NCBI GenBank assembly: GCA_049523135.1
Contig: JBEKNE010000001.1
Span: 82,095 to 146,094 of the forward strand
Length of the DNA: 64,000 nt
DNA from: Candidatus Microgenomates bacterium
GTDB lineage: Bacteria > Patescibacteriota > Microgenomatia > UBA8517
Direction of reading: 5' to 3'
How positions within the stretch are numbered: the first letter of the stretch is position 1; the number at the start of each line of letters is the position of its first letter. Of the stretch, positions 37,244 through 47,389 are shown in pieces. Below the pieces are notes generated by a model. It did no database searches and had not been told where the DNA came from. It saw only the letters and a program-made list of their open reading frames with translations. A program made the position numbers and the translations under genes.

Positions 37244-38496
37244 TTCAAAGTTGGAAGCGTATAGAAAAGTTTGCCAATTTACTTCTTATTTTTTTACTCC
37301 CTTCACAATTAGCACTTCATTTTTGGCCCAACTTTGCGTTCGTTTTTGGAATAAGAGTTGATTATCTGGCCCCAAGTGTTTACTTTACGGATGTTCTTTT
37401 TTTGGTTCTGTTTACCGTCTGGGTGGTCATGTCAAAAAAAATATTTCTTGATGATATTTACAAAAACAAACTTTATATAATCGTTTTTATTCTGGTAGCA
37501 GTTGTAAATACTGCATTTTCCACTTCGTTTTATGTATCACTTTTGAAGTGGCTAAAAATTACGGAACTTTTAGGATTTGCTTATTATGTTTATAAAAGGA
37601 GAGATATCGTGGATCAACGCGATTTTTCCGTGGTTCTTTTTTGTTCATTAATATTCTTTTCGTTAATCGGAATTGCCCAATTTTTCAAAGGCGGAACTTT
37701 GGGTGGAATTTTATATTTTTTAGGGGAACGGAGTTTTAGTATTTCAACTCCCGGTATCGCCCTCGTCCATTTGGGGGGTTCTAATTGGTTACGTGCTTAT
37801 TCCACTTTTCCTCATCCAAATGCACTGGCCGGTTATTTAGTAGTCGGGGTATTGATGTTATCCGGCTTTATTTTTGATAAACAAAATTGTTGGAAGATTG
37901 CCGGTGTTTTAATTATTCTACTAGCTTTTATACTGACATTTTCTTTAGCCGGGCTTTTGTCAATTTGTTTTTGCGGAATCCTGTTTGTTTTTATTAAGAA
38001 GGGAATTTTGAAAAAGAAACTGGCGATTTATTTGGTTTCTGGGCTTTTTGTTTTTGGCTTAGCCTTTCCTGTTATTTCAAGTGCACTTTTTACTAAAAAC
38101 GTAAGTTATAGACAGGACATTGCCGAAAGGCTTGAACTTGCGTTTGTCTCCGGCAAAATTATCTCAGGAAATTTTTGGGTTGGGACAGGACTTAACACCT
38201 TTATTATTAACGAGGTTAAAGTGGTAGGGATTAACGGCTATGTGTGGTTACTTCAGCCGGTTCATAATATTTATCTTTTGACTTTTAGCGAAGTTGGAAT
38301 TTTTGGCATAATACTTTTATTTTTAATATTTTATTTGTTTATAAGAAGAAACTTGAGTTCCGACCGCCTTGGGTTACTACTGGCTGTCATATTTATTATG
38401 ACAACGGGGCTTGCCGATCACTACTGGCTGACACTCCAACAGAACATGTTTCTTTTGGTTCTTCTGGCAGGAAACTCTTTTGCGGTTAAAGATTAA
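37240..38496 (+). CDS. polytopic membrane protein, O-antigen ligase/polymerase-like
   Basis: About 10 TM helices with a large loop between late helices. Family assignment is by architecture only. Confidence 0.35.
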   Translation: MIQSWKRIEKFANLLLIFLLPSQLALHFWPNFAFVFGIRVDYLAPSVYFTDVLFLVLFTVWVVMSKKIFLDDIYKNKLYIIVFILVAVVNTAFSTSFYVSLLKWLKITELLGFAYYVYKRRDIVDQRDFSVVLFCSLIFFSLIGIAQFFKGGTLGGILYFLGERSFSISTPGIALVHLGGSNWLRAYSTFPHPNALAGYLVVGVLMLSGFIFDKQNCWKIAGVLIILLAFILTFSLAGLLSICFCGILFVFIKKGILKKKLAIYLVSGLFVFGLAFPVISSALFTKNVSYRQDIAERLELAFVSGKIISGNFWVGTGLNTFIINEVKVVGINGYVWLLQPVHNIYLLTFSEVGIFGIILLFLIFYLFIRRNLSSDRLGLLLAVIFIMTTGLADHYWLTLQQNMFLLVLLAGNSFAVKD

Positions 38497-38546
38497 GCTG
38501 GAGCTTGCCACTCGGATTTCTGAAACCCTCGTGGTAAACTGTTTCC

Positions 38547-38969
38547 ATGAAAGATGCAAGTTTAATTATCCACACAGATGGCGGATCACGCGGAAACCCG
38601 GGTGCCGCCGCCTGTGCTTTTGTTGCAGAAAAGGACGGACAAGTAATATTCAAAGATTCCAGAAGTCTTGGTAAAAATACAAACAATTTTGCTGAGTACA
38701 AAGGGATAATTCTTGCACTGGAGTGGCTAAATAGAAATAAAGATAAATTCTCCAACAATACGATAGAGTTTTTTGCGGACTCGGAGCTTATTGTAAAACA
38801 GCTTAATGGAATTTATAAAATTAAAAATAGCCAACTAACGGTTTTAAACAAAATTGCACAGCAATTAATTGTGCAAATTAAACTTAAAATTTTATTTAAA
38901 AATATTCCCAGAAATGAAAACAAAATTGCCGACTTTTTGGTCAACGAAGAACTTGATAAAGAAACTTAA
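38547..38969 (+). CDS. rnhA: ribonuclease HI
   Basis: ...IIHTDGGSRGNPGAAACAFV...FAEYKGIILALEW...FADSELIVKQLNG... Confidence 0.8.
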   Translation: MKDASLIIHTDGGSRGNPGAAACAFVAEKDGQVIFKDSRSLGKNTNNFAEYKGIILALEWLNRNKDKFSNNTIEFFADSELIVKQLNGIYKIKNSQLTVLNKIAQQLIVQIKLKILFKNIPRNENKIADFLVNEELDKET

Positions 38970-39113
38970 AATGTTTCGGTAAATTTTCTGTGAAAATTTC
39001 ACGTTGCGCCATAAGATTGAAATTTAGTTTGTTTTTGAAAACTTGAAAAATGTTTTTTCCGCAGAAATGAAACTAGATTAAAAAATATATAATGCGGAGA
39101 TACTTTATAAGAC

Positions 39114-41747
39114 ATGAACCCCGAAGGAAAATTAATTGTTTGCCTCTACTCTGATCCAAACTTTTTGGCAGTAAATATTTTGGAAAGTCTTCTTTCCAAA
39201 AATTGTTTAGTTAATATAGTTACAGATGATATAGAGAAGTGGAAAGAAAGGACAAGTTTACTTTCCGGAAAAAACAGATTTGGTTTTTGTGAAGTTCGTA
39301 ACGTTAATAAAAACCAAACCTACGATTATGTTATTTTTTGCGGAGGTTTTATTAGAAAAGAAAGCGTTGTTTCCACATATAGAAAATTTAGTTCGCTAAT
39401 AAATTTTCAATTATCAAAGACACTAATCCTTTTTCCGTTTGAAGTAAAAGAGTTAACTGAAGGTCTATTCAGAAGAGTAAACGATAACTGTTCGGTTATA
39501 TATTTAGGTGACTTACTGGGGCCAAGAATTGATTTGGATAGCGATCTTCTTATTTCGGAGTGTATTAGTGAAATTATAACCTCCAGAAATTTAACTTTAG
39601 CGGTGGGAGAGGTTTTTTATCCTCTGTTTACTCCCGAAGCAGTAAGACTTATTACTAAATGGCTATTTGCCTTTGGACCATATGGTAAGGAAATCTTTCT
39701 ACTCGGGTCTGAGGTATCGACTGATGTTTTTTGGAGAACCAATGTTAAATTAGTCGGAGAAATAAAATTTAAATCTGATAAGAAAACACCTCCGCGTATA
39801 TCACCAAAAAGATATGAAACCGAATGGTTGGGGAGTGACCTTGGTTATTCTTTAACGGAAACATATAAATGGTTAAGCATTAATTGGTTAGGGAACGTGC
39901 ACAGAAAAAAGGTCGGCATGAAACTTAAACCGCCTGCTAAAAGTAAAGTTATAAGTAAACACGGTCATTTGAAAGCAATCATGCTGACATTAATTTTGCT
40001 ATTGCTTTTACCTGTGTTTTCAGACATTGCAAGTTTCGGTTCATTGCTTCTTGGCTATAAAGAATTTGTTTCGGGTAACGACTCTTTTGCAACCAGTACC
40101 ATTTTATTTTCCAGAACTTTTGCCACTGTCGGCGATAGCGAAAGTACTGCTTTAAGTTACGTTCCTATTGCGGGTTACTTTTATAGAGAATTAGATTATG
40201 CATCTGGAGTTTTAGTAAACCTCTCGGAAATTGCCAGTTATTCAATCCCGTTTATTAAAAATTCTTTAAGTCTTTTTGATAGCATTCTTGGAAATGCAGT
40301 TTACGACCCTTCAATTTATACCATCAACATGGTGGGTAACTTATCAGATATTTATATAAAAGTTGCGCAAATCCAGTCAGATACAGAGCAAAAGGCTGAC
40401 AATGGAACGATTCTGGCAAAGGTTGTTTTATCTCGCATTGATTTTGGAAAGTATGAAAAGTTAATTTCACAAGGCCAAGTAATTATTAATCAAACTCCTG
40501 AAATATTGGGTAGTGGCGAAAGCAAAACTTATTTAGTTTTATTTGAAAACAACATGGAATTACGGCCTACGGGTGGTTTTATTGGTTCCTATGGACTTTT
40601 GACTTTTGATGGAGGCCGTCTTTCTGATTTTACCGTGAGCGATGTATATTCCGCAGACGGTCAGCTTAACGGACACGTAGAACCGCCGGCACCAATTAAG
40701 GAGTATTTAGGAGAAGCAAATTGGTGGCTCAGGGATTCAAACTGGGATCCTGATTTTTCGACTTCCGCAAAAAGAGCCGAGTGGTTTTTGGATAAAGAGA
40801 TTAGCCGTCAGGTCGATGGAGTCTTTGCAATTGACCTTTTCCCAATTAAAGATATTTTAAAAGCCACAGGTCCGGTTTTTTTATCTGATTATAATTTGGA
40901 TATAACCTCAGATAATCTTTACGAAGAAGTCCAGGCGGAAGTACAAAACAATTTTTTCCCTGGAACACATCAAAAGGCGAGTTTTCTGACAGGACTTTCC
41001 AGAACATTACTTAGTAAAGTCGGAAGTTTAGATTTTCATCAAAGAGCCTCGATTCTTTTATCTTTTTATGAAAGCTTGGAAGAAAGACACCTGCAACTAT
41101 ATGTGCACGACACAACATCACAAGATGCGATAGAAAACCTGGGTTGGGATGGATCTGTTACGAATCCCAATTGCGGTAGCGGTTGTTATGCGGATGCCAT
41201 AGATCTTGTTGAGGCAAACCTTGGAGTCAATAAAGCAAATTATTTTGTTCAAAGGAGTGTGAGATTGGATGTAAATCTAACCCCAACAGACGTTCAAAGG
41301 ACTTTTACCCTTAATCTTACCAATTCGGCCAACCCCGCCCTTGGTCTTACGGGAAAATATAAAAACTATGTCAGATTGCTAGTGCCGGATGATGCAACCA
41401 ATATAAGTGTAGAAAATGTGTCGGGTCAAAACGCACAAAACCTTAGTGCAGATATAGTGGAAAACAAAGGCAGGAAGGAGATAGGGGTTTTGGTGGAGGT
41501 ACTCGGAGGACAGAGTGAAAGTGTCGTTTATTCCTGGGAGTCGCCAATAGACAGGTCGTCTATTAATTCATACGGGGTTTATATAAGAAAACAAGCGGGA
41601 GTTGATGGTTATCTAATGAGCCTAAATCTTAATATTCCCGTAAGCATTTCCGGAGCAGATTCAAGATTTGCCTTGACCAAAGACGGGGCGTACGTTTATA
41701 ATACAACCTTGGCGAGCGATTTATATGCCCGCTTCATCTTAAAATAA
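39114..41747 (+). CDS. large membrane-anchored hypothetical protein (DUF4012-like)
   Basis: 877 aa with an internal TM segment AIMLTLILLLLLPVF. Conserved stretch ...MELRPTGGFIGSYGLLTFDGGRL... Confidence 0.4.
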   Translation: MNPEGKLIVCLYSDPNFLAVNILESLLSKNCLVNIVTDDIEKWKERTSLLSGKNRFGFCEVRNVNKNQTYDYVIFCGGFIRKESVVSTYRKFSSLINFQLSKTLILFPFEVKELTEGLFRRVNDNCSVIYLGDLLGPRIDLDSDLLISECISEIITSRNLTLAVGEVFYPLFTPEAVRLITKWLFAFGPYGKEIFLLGSEVSTDVFWRTNVKLVGEIKFKSDKKTPPRISPKRYETEWLGSDLGYSLTETYKWLSINWLGNVHRKKVGMKLKPPAKSKVISKHGHLKAIMLTLILLLLLPVFSDIASFGSLLLGYKEFVSGNDSFATSTILFSRTFATVGDSESTALSYVPIAGYFYRELDYASGVLVNLSEIASYSIPFIKNSLSLFDSILGNAVYDPSIYTINMVGNLSDIYIKVAQIQSDTEQKADNGTILAKVVLSRIDFGKYEKLISQGQVIINQTPEILGSGESKTYLVLFENNMELRPTGGFIGSYGLLTFDGGRLSDFTVSDVYSADGQLNGHVEPPAPIKEYLGEANWWLRDSNWDPDFSTSAKRAEWFLDKEISRQVDGVFAIDLFPIKDILKATGPVFLSDYNLDITSDNLYEEVQAEVQNNFFPGTHQKASFLTGLSRTLLSKVGSLDFHQRASILLSFYESLEERHLQLYVHDTTSQDAIENLGWDGSVTNPNCGSGCYADAIDLVEANLGVNKANYFVQRSVRLDVNLTPTDVQRTFTLNLTNSANPALGLTGKYKNYVRLLVPDDATNISVENVSGQNAQNLSADIVENKGRKEIGVLVEVLGGQSESVVYSWESPIDRSSINSYGVYIRKQAGVDGYLMSLNLNIPVSISGADSRFALTKDGAYVYNTTLASDLYARFILK

Positions 41748-41748
41748 A

Positions 41749-42447
41749 ATGCCTAAACAAGTATTAAAAGGAGAGGTAAGAAAAATTGAAGGCCGCAAGG
41801 TTAAAAAACTTCGCAGGCAGGGAATCTTACCCGGAAACATTTCCGGTAAAAAAATCAAATCCGAATCCGTTCAGGTTGTTCTTAAAGATTTTGAGAAAGT
41901 ATATAAGGAAGTGGGGGAAACAGGTCTTTTAACTCTTGAAATCGGAAAAGAGGGAAAACCGGTTCTTATTCACAATCTTCAAGTAAACCCGGTTAGCGAT
42001 GAACCTGTTCATGTTGATTTTCTCCAGGTTGATCTTAAGGAAAAGGTTGAAGCTGATGTTCCTGTTGAGCTGACAGGGGAATCTCCAGCAGAAAAACAGG
42101 CAGTCGGTACTGTGGTTTTGTATCTGAATGAAATTAAAGTCGAAGCTCTTCCGACAGATTTACCTGAGAAATTTAGTATTGATGTAACAGAACTATCTGA
42201 AGTTGATCAGGCGATCATGGTTAAAGATTTGAAAGTTGACAGAAGTAAGGTTGATATTAAAGCCGATCCTGAAGAAATAGTGGTCAAGGTTGAGCCTCCT
42301 CAAAAAGAAGAAGTCGTTGCTCCGCCTCCCACACCTGAAGGTGAAGTCCCAGCTGAAAGTGCCATTCCTGCTGAAGGTGAAGTCCCAGCTGAAGGTGCCG
42401 CTCCCGTAGAGGGCGGACAGACTCCAAAAGAAGAACCTAAGGCTTGA
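41749..42447 (+). CDS. rplY: ribosomal protein L25 / general stress protein Ctc, with Pro/Glu-rich C-terminal tail
   Basis: MPKQVLKGEVRKIEGRKVKKLRRQGILPGNI... The tail holds a 36-nt tandem duplication (PAEGEVPAEG). Confidence 0.8.
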   Translation: MPKQVLKGEVRKIEGRKVKKLRRQGILPGNISGKKIKSESVQVVLKDFEKVYKEVGETGLLTLEIGKEGKPVLIHNLQVNPVSDEPVHVDFLQVDLKEKVEADVPVELTGESPAEKQAVGTVVLYLNEIKVEALPTDLPEKFSIDVTELSEVDQAIMVKDLKVDRSKVDIKADPEEIVVKVEPPQKEEVVAPPPTPEGEVPAESAIPAEGEVPAEGAAPVEGGQTPKEEPKA

Positions 42448-42700
42448 TATTATAATTAGGATCAATTCCCCTCGCTTTATCCATTTGCCCTATTTCTTTC
42501 CAACCGGGGATATAGTTGGGATTTTTGGTTAAAAAATCATTCCAAAATTGTTCAGTGGAATCAACTTTTGTTTCGGCGCCTAAAACCTTTTTTGGTGCTA
42601 AATAATTTTCAATATTTATTGAAGCCAGGAGTAAAACAAATAGCGCAGCGACATATATAAAAAGTTCAATTGCGGCTTTGTTGACCTTCTTGGCAGACAT
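42437..42700 (-). CDS. small hypothetical membrane protein
   Basis: 87 aa with a single TM segment AIELFIYVAALFVLLLASINI. Confidence 0.3.
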   Translation of the reverse strand: MSAKKVNKAAIELFIYVAALFVLLLASINIENYLAPKKVLGAETKVDSTEQFWNDFLTKNPNYIPGWKEIGQMDKARGIDPNYNIKP

Positions 42701-42715
42701 GTGTTACTCTAAATT

Positions 42716-43231
42716 ATGGACCCAAACAATCAAAATCCGCAAGGGGATACAGAAGCGGTAAAAAAACTTGAAGAAGACTTGCAGAACATCAGTCAGCAAG
42801 CGGCCGCTACTCAACAAATACCAGTAGCTAAGCCCGTGTCAACTGTTCCAGAACCACCCGTTCAACCTGAGCAACCTGTAGCTGAACCGGTAATGACTCC
42901 GCCGGTTACACCCATGCCTCCTGCTACACCGGTCGAAAACATTCCTGCTTCCGAGAGCCCAAAAAAGAATTCTCCTTTAATGATAGTAGCAATAATATTG
43001 GTTGTTATAGCCGTCTTGGCTGTTGTGGCGTATGTTGTTGGAATGAAATTCCTAGCTAGTCAGCCAAGCTCAACATTAGTTCCAACCGTCGAGCCGGTGG
43101 TTGTGCAAACGGTTTTACCGGCAGAAACCCCATATGCAACAGGGTCCGCAACACCGGTTTCTTCGGCAACTCCATCAGCCAGTCCAACAATCAGTCCGTC
43201 CAGTTCTCCATCGGCAAAAATAACCCCTTAA
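42716..43231 (+). CDS. Pro-rich membrane-anchored hypothetical protein
   Basis: PEPPVQPEQPVAEPVMTPPVTPMPPATP..., then TM IVAIILVVIAVLAVVAYVV. Confidence 0.4.
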   Translation: MDPNNQNPQGDTEAVKKLEEDLQNISQQAAATQQIPVAKPVSTVPEPPVQPEQPVAEPVMTPPVTPMPPATPVENIPASESPKKNSPLMIVAIILVVIAVLAVVAYVVGMKFLASQPSSTLVPTVEPVVVQTVLPAETPYATGSATPVSSATPSASPTISPSSSPSAKITP

Positions 43232-45276
43232 GCTTTTGGCCAATTTGAAGTAATCAGAAGTTCTTTTTCTCCGATTTCATGCCAGATTTGTTCTGTGACA
43301 AAAGGCATAAAAGGATGGAGAAGTTTTATAAATGTCGTTAAACCTTTTTTCATTTGTTTAGCTCCGATTTTTCCCTGTTTGGATTCTTCAATACAGCAAT
43401 CGCAGTACCAATGCCAGAATTCAGAGTAGAGAAGTTCTGCCGCTTGATTAAGTTGGTATTTATCAAAATATTTAGTTGTTTCCCTGATGATCTGGTCAAG
43501 CTTTTTATCAAATTCTTCATTTTTGTCCGATTCAGTTGTGAATTGTGATACAAATCTTGCAGCATTCCAGATCTTATTGGCGAACTTTCTTTGGGCATTA
43601 ATATTTTGTTCATTAAGAGCAATATCGTTTTCAATCAAGGCCCCCCAAAGGAGTCCCATTCTAAGTGAATCGGCTCCGTATTTTTCTGTCATTTCAATTG
43701 GGTCTATTACATTTCCCTTGGATTTACTGATTTTTTGTCCTTCGCGGTCTCTGACCAGTCCGTGGATAACGACTTCTTCAAAAGGAACCTTGCCGGTTAC
43801 ATAAACCCCCATCATGATCATTCTAATTACCCAGAAGGGAAGGATGTCGTAAGCCGTTTCCATAACACTTGTCGGATAGAATTTTTCAAAGTCTCCGGGT
43901 TTTGTAGTCTTAAGAGTTGCGAAAGGCCACTGGCCGGAAGAAAACCAAGTGTCAAAAGTATCCGTATCCTGTGTTAATTTGTCGTGACCGCACTTTGAGC
44001 ACTTTAAAGGAGCTTCTCCGTCTGTAATTGTCCATTCAAGACATTTATCACATCTCCATGCAGAGATTCTTATTCCCCAGACAATTTGACGGCTGATATT
44101 CCAGTCTTTAAGATTTTTATACCAATTTTTAGCAATTTTTTCGAAACGCGGAACGGCAAATTTTACATCACCTTTTTTAATTGCTTCCTGAGATTTTTTG
44201 ACAAGAGGAGCAACTTCCAGGAACCACTGTTTTGAGATCGTTGGTTCGATGGTGCCATGATCGCGGTAACAAGTTCCTACAGTGTGATGAATCGGCTCAG
44301 TTTTAATTAGCTTTCCGGCGGTAATTAAATCTTTAACAACCTCTTCCCGTGCAATCTCTGCCTTCAAACCAATATATTTCGCCGGAGTTCCCGTCATACG
44401 CCCCCCTTCATCAATTACAGAGATTACAGGAAACTTATGAGCTGTACCGATCTCGAAATCGGTAGGGTCGTGGGCAGGTGTAATCTTAAGAGCCCCTGTT
44501 CCAAAGTCCTTATCGACTAAATTATCTGCAATTACCGGAACCACGCGGTTAATAAGCGGAATATTTGCGTTTAATCCGACCAATTTTATATATCTCTCGT
44601 CCTTTGGATTAACTGCGATAGCCACATCTGCAAAGATTGTTTCGGGGCGGGTCGTAGCTATTGTAACTGTTCCATAATCGAGATAATAAAGTTTATCGTC
44701 GCGTTCAACATAATCGACCTCGAGCTGAGAGTAGGCGGTGCCGCATCTCGGGCAATAATTTACAATTCTCTCGCCACGATAAATAAGCCCGTCGTCATAT
44801 AGCTTTTTGAAAGTTTGGTAAACAATTTTGATTATATCGGGGTCGAGAGTGAATTTTTCGCGCGACCAGTCACATGAGGCACCAAGCTTTTTAAGCTGAT
44901 CTTCCATTGTTTTTTTGTTTTTTTGGACATCATTCCAGATCATTTGGTAAAGAGTAATCCTATCGAAATCAAAGCGACTTTGACCCTTGACTCTTAGTTT
45001 TCTCTCAAAAACAAATTGTGTTTCAACTCCAGCATGATCGGCTCCGGGAAGCCATAGGGTTGGTTCACCTTTCATTCTGTGGTAGCGAATTAAAGCGTCC
45101 TCAATGGCAACAAATCTGGCGTGTCCTATGTGCAGGGGATCACTTGCGTTTGGAGGGGGCATGATAATAGTAAAGGGTTTTCCTTTTTGAGTAGTATTTG
45201 GAGAAAAAGAGCCTGATTCTTCCCACTTTTTATAAATATCCGCCTCGTATTTTTTATGATTATATTGGGGCTCCAT
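43228..45276 (-). CDS. valS: valyl-tRNA synthetase (compact form)
   Basis: HIGH motif ...PPPNASDPLHIGHA.... KMSKS motif ...KISKSKGN.... ...GTGALKITPAHDPTDFEIG... is ValRS-like. Confidence 0.8.
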   Translation of the reverse strand: MEPQYNHKKYEADIYKKWEESGSFSPNTTQKGKPFTIIMPPPNASDPLHIGHARFVAIEDALIRYHRMKGEPTLWLPGADHAGVETQFVFERKLRVKGQSRFDFDRITLYQMIWNDVQKNKKTMEDQLKKLGASCDWSREKFTLDPDIIKIVYQTFKKLYDDGLIYRGERIVNYCPRCGTAYSQLEVDYVERDDKLYYLDYGTVTIATTRPETIFADVAIAVNPKDERYIKLVGLNANIPLINRVVPVIADNLVDKDFGTGALKITPAHDPTDFEIGTAHKFPVISVIDEGGRMTGTPAKYIGLKAEIAREEVVKDLITAGKLIKTEPIHHTVGTCYRDHGTIEPTISKQWFLEVAPLVKKSQEAIKKGDVKFAVPRFEKIAKNWYKNLKDWNISRQIVWGIRISAWRCDKCLEWTITDGEAPLKCSKCGHDKLTQDTDTFDTWFSSGQWPFATLKTTKPGDFEKFYPTSVMETAYDILPFWVIRMIMMGVYVTGKVPFEEVVIHGLVRDREGQKISKSKGNVIDPIEMTEKYGADSLRMGLLWGALIENDIALNEQNINAQRKFANKIWNAARFVSQFTTESDKNEEFDKKLDQIIRETTKYFDKYQLNQAAELLYSEFWHWYCDCCIEESKQGKIGAKQMKKGLTTFIKLLHPFMPFVTEQIWHEIGEKELLITSNWPKA

Positions 45277-45292
45277 GGCTACAATTGTACCA

Positions 45293-46327
45293 TCAATCTG
45301 ACAATTTTGCGTTTGGATTTCGGTCGATTTTTTCCGGATTTATAAATTCTCCTCTTTTGACTTTAAAATAGGCTGCAACTCCAATCATGGCAGCATTGTC
45401 GCCCGTAAGTTTTTTAGAATAAGGAAATAACACTTTTATTCCAAACTCTCTGCCTAACTTTCGGAGTCTTTTTTTGAGCTCAATATTTGCAGAGACCCCG
45501 CCGCCAATAACTAAATTTCTAATTTTTAATTTCAAATTTTTAATAGTATATGAGCAAATACGAATTAGGTGGGTAAAGGTGATGTCTTGATAGCAAGCCG
45601 CTAGATTTTGAATATTTTCTTTGGTTAAGGGTTTTTCGGATTCGACCAGTCGTGAGAATGAAGTTTTAAGCCCCGAGTATGTAAATATTTTCCTTTCTTC
45701 CTGACCAATTATTGGGGTGGGGAGTTTATAAGTCTTTATATCTCCCTCACGTGCGATCTTTTCAAGAACTGCGCCCCCCGGGTAGCCGAGTCCGAGCATA
45801 CGCGCCCCTTTATCAAGTGCTTCTCCCAAGGCGTCATCTGTTGTCTGTGCCAGCGTTTCATAGGAGCCGATTTTGTTGATCTTTACAAGAATCGTATTTC
45901 CGCCTGACACAACTAGACCCAAAGCAGGTAATTTTACTTTTAATATATCTGAGTTTGCAAGCGAACTTAAAATATGACCCTCTAAGTGATTAACCGCAAT
46001 TAACCTTTTGTTGTATTTTATTGCCAGTTTTTTGGCTCTGTCGATCCCAACGCCAAGTGCAATTGAAAGACCGGGCCCAACCGTTACTGCAATAGCATCA
46101 AGATTTTCAATTTTACATTTAGAATCCTTAATTGCTTTATCTATTACCCAATCAATTCTTTCCTCGTGCATTCTTTTGGCAAGTGAGGGCATAACCCCCC
46201 CAAATTTAGCGTGGGCAGAAGCCTGTGACCAAATAACGTTGGAAAGAATTTTGGTTCTTTCGGTTACTGCAACCGATGTTTCATCACAACTGGTATCAAT
46301 TGATAGTATTTTCATATATTTCCCCAA
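45293..46327 (-). CDS. tsaD: tRNA N6-adenosine threonylcarbamoyltransferase TsaD
   Basis: MKILSIDTSCDETSVAV...HLEGHILS... It overlaps the upstream tsaC-tsaE gene. Confidence 0.85.
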   Translation of the reverse strand: MGKYMKILSIDTSCDETSVAVTERTKILSNVIWSQASAHAKFGGVMPSLAKRMHEERIDWVIDKAIKDSKCKIENLDAIAVTVGPGLSIALGVGIDRAKKLAIKYNKRLIAVNHLEGHILSSLANSDILKVKLPALGLVVSGGNTILVKINKIGSYETLAQTTDDALGEALDKGARMLGLGYPGGAVLEKIAREGDIKTYKLPTPIIGQEERKIFTYSGLKTSFSRLVESEKPLTKENIQNLAACYQDITFTHLIRICSYTIKNLKLKIRNLVIGGGVSANIELKKRLRKLGREFGIKVLFPYSKKLTGDNAAMIGVAAYFKVKRGEFINPEKIDRNPNAKLSD

Positions 46328-47367
46328 GATATTATTCTGTCGCCTTCGTTTTTCCCGAACTTAATCTTTATCCAGACAACAATTGCCTCATCATCAAATT
46401 CGCGGATTATATCTGCGACTCGCTCGGCCCATTCAATTGAGATAACTGATTTATTCTTAATCAAATCCTCAAAGCCCAAGGCTTTTATTTCACCGGAATT
46501 TTCCAATCTCCAAGCGTCAAAGTGAAAAAGTTTTGATTTGCCTACCCCATATTCATTTTCCAGCGCAAAAGTGGGGGAGGTAACCAGTTCCGTTATTCCC
46601 ATTGCATGCGCGAGACCTTTTGTAAATTGAGTTTTTCCGGCACCCATTTCTCCTTCAAGAGCAAAAACTATTGCGCGATGGCCCTTATGCCCTTCGTATT
46701 TTTGCCAAATTTCTTTAGCAAGGTTTTGTGTTTTTTCTTCATTTTTACTTAAAACCTCGTTTTTGTCAGTCAGTTTAATTTCTCCTTGTCTTAGAGTAAC
46801 CGGATCGTCAAGAGTCGTATCAATAACGGTTGAAGGATCATTTTTGGGAAGTTCTCCGGCATCGATTATCAAGTCGATTAAATCTTTTTGTTTTTGACTG
46901 ATATTTTCAAGGATATCCGAAATTTTGTAAGGACGTTTTTTATAGCTTGCGTTGGCAGAAGTTGAAGTAATTGGTTTGCCATATGCTTTGAGGATATCGG
47001 TTACGAGTTTGTAATCGGGAATTCTAATTCCCAGTGTTCCGTCTTCACTTTCAACTCCGGGGGCAACCTTGTGTTTACCTTTTGAAATGACAGTTAGCGG
47101 ACCTGGCAAAAATTTTTTATACAAATTTTTTGCAGTTTCATTTAATTCGACATAATCGTCAGCCATTTTCCAGTCTGTTACTGCAATTGAGTATGGTTTT
47201 CCAAAAGGACGATTTTTGTATTCCGTAAGCCTTTTAATTGCTTTAGGATTTGTTGCATCCGCGCCAATTCCATAAAGAGTTTCGGTTGGATAGATAACCA
47301 ACCCGCCCCTTTGAAGGACGGCGACAGCTTTAGAAACAGCATTTTTACCGTTTTTAATTATTTCCAT
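46312..47367 (-). CDS. fused threonylcarbamoyl-AMP synthase (TsaC/YrdC-Sua5) and TsaE (YjeE) ATPase
   Basis: The N-terminus reads ...LVIYPTETLYGIGADA...GPLTVI...TSTSANAS... (YrdC). The C-terminus reads ...ALEGEMGAGKTQFTKGLAHAMG...VTSPTFALENEY...HFDAWRL (TsaE P-loop). Confidence 0.7.
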   Translation of the reverse strand: MEIIKNGKNAVSKAVAVLQRGGLVIYPTETLYGIGADATNPKAIKRLTEYKNRPFGKPYSIAVTDWKMADDYVELNETAKNLYKKFLPGPLTVISKGKHKVAPGVESEDGTLGIRIPDYKLVTDILKAYGKPITSTSANASYKKRPYKISDILENISQKQKDLIDLIIDAGELPKNDPSTVIDTTLDDPVTLRQGEIKLTDKNEVLSKNEEKTQNLAKEIWQKYEGHKGHRAIVFALEGEMGAGKTQFTKGLAHAMGITELVTSPTFALENEYGVGKSKLFHFDAWRLENSGEIKALGFEDLIKNKSVISIEWAERVADIIREFDDEAIVVWIKIKFGKNEGDRIISWGNI

Positions 47368-47389
47368 TGAGGCTATATTTTACTACAAA

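Noticed and set aside
42334-42402. 36-nt tandem duplication in the L25 C-terminal tail as a possible VNTR
   Set aside because: There are only two copies, in frame within a low-complexity Pro/Glu/Ala tail. I note it but do not treat it as a separate feature.
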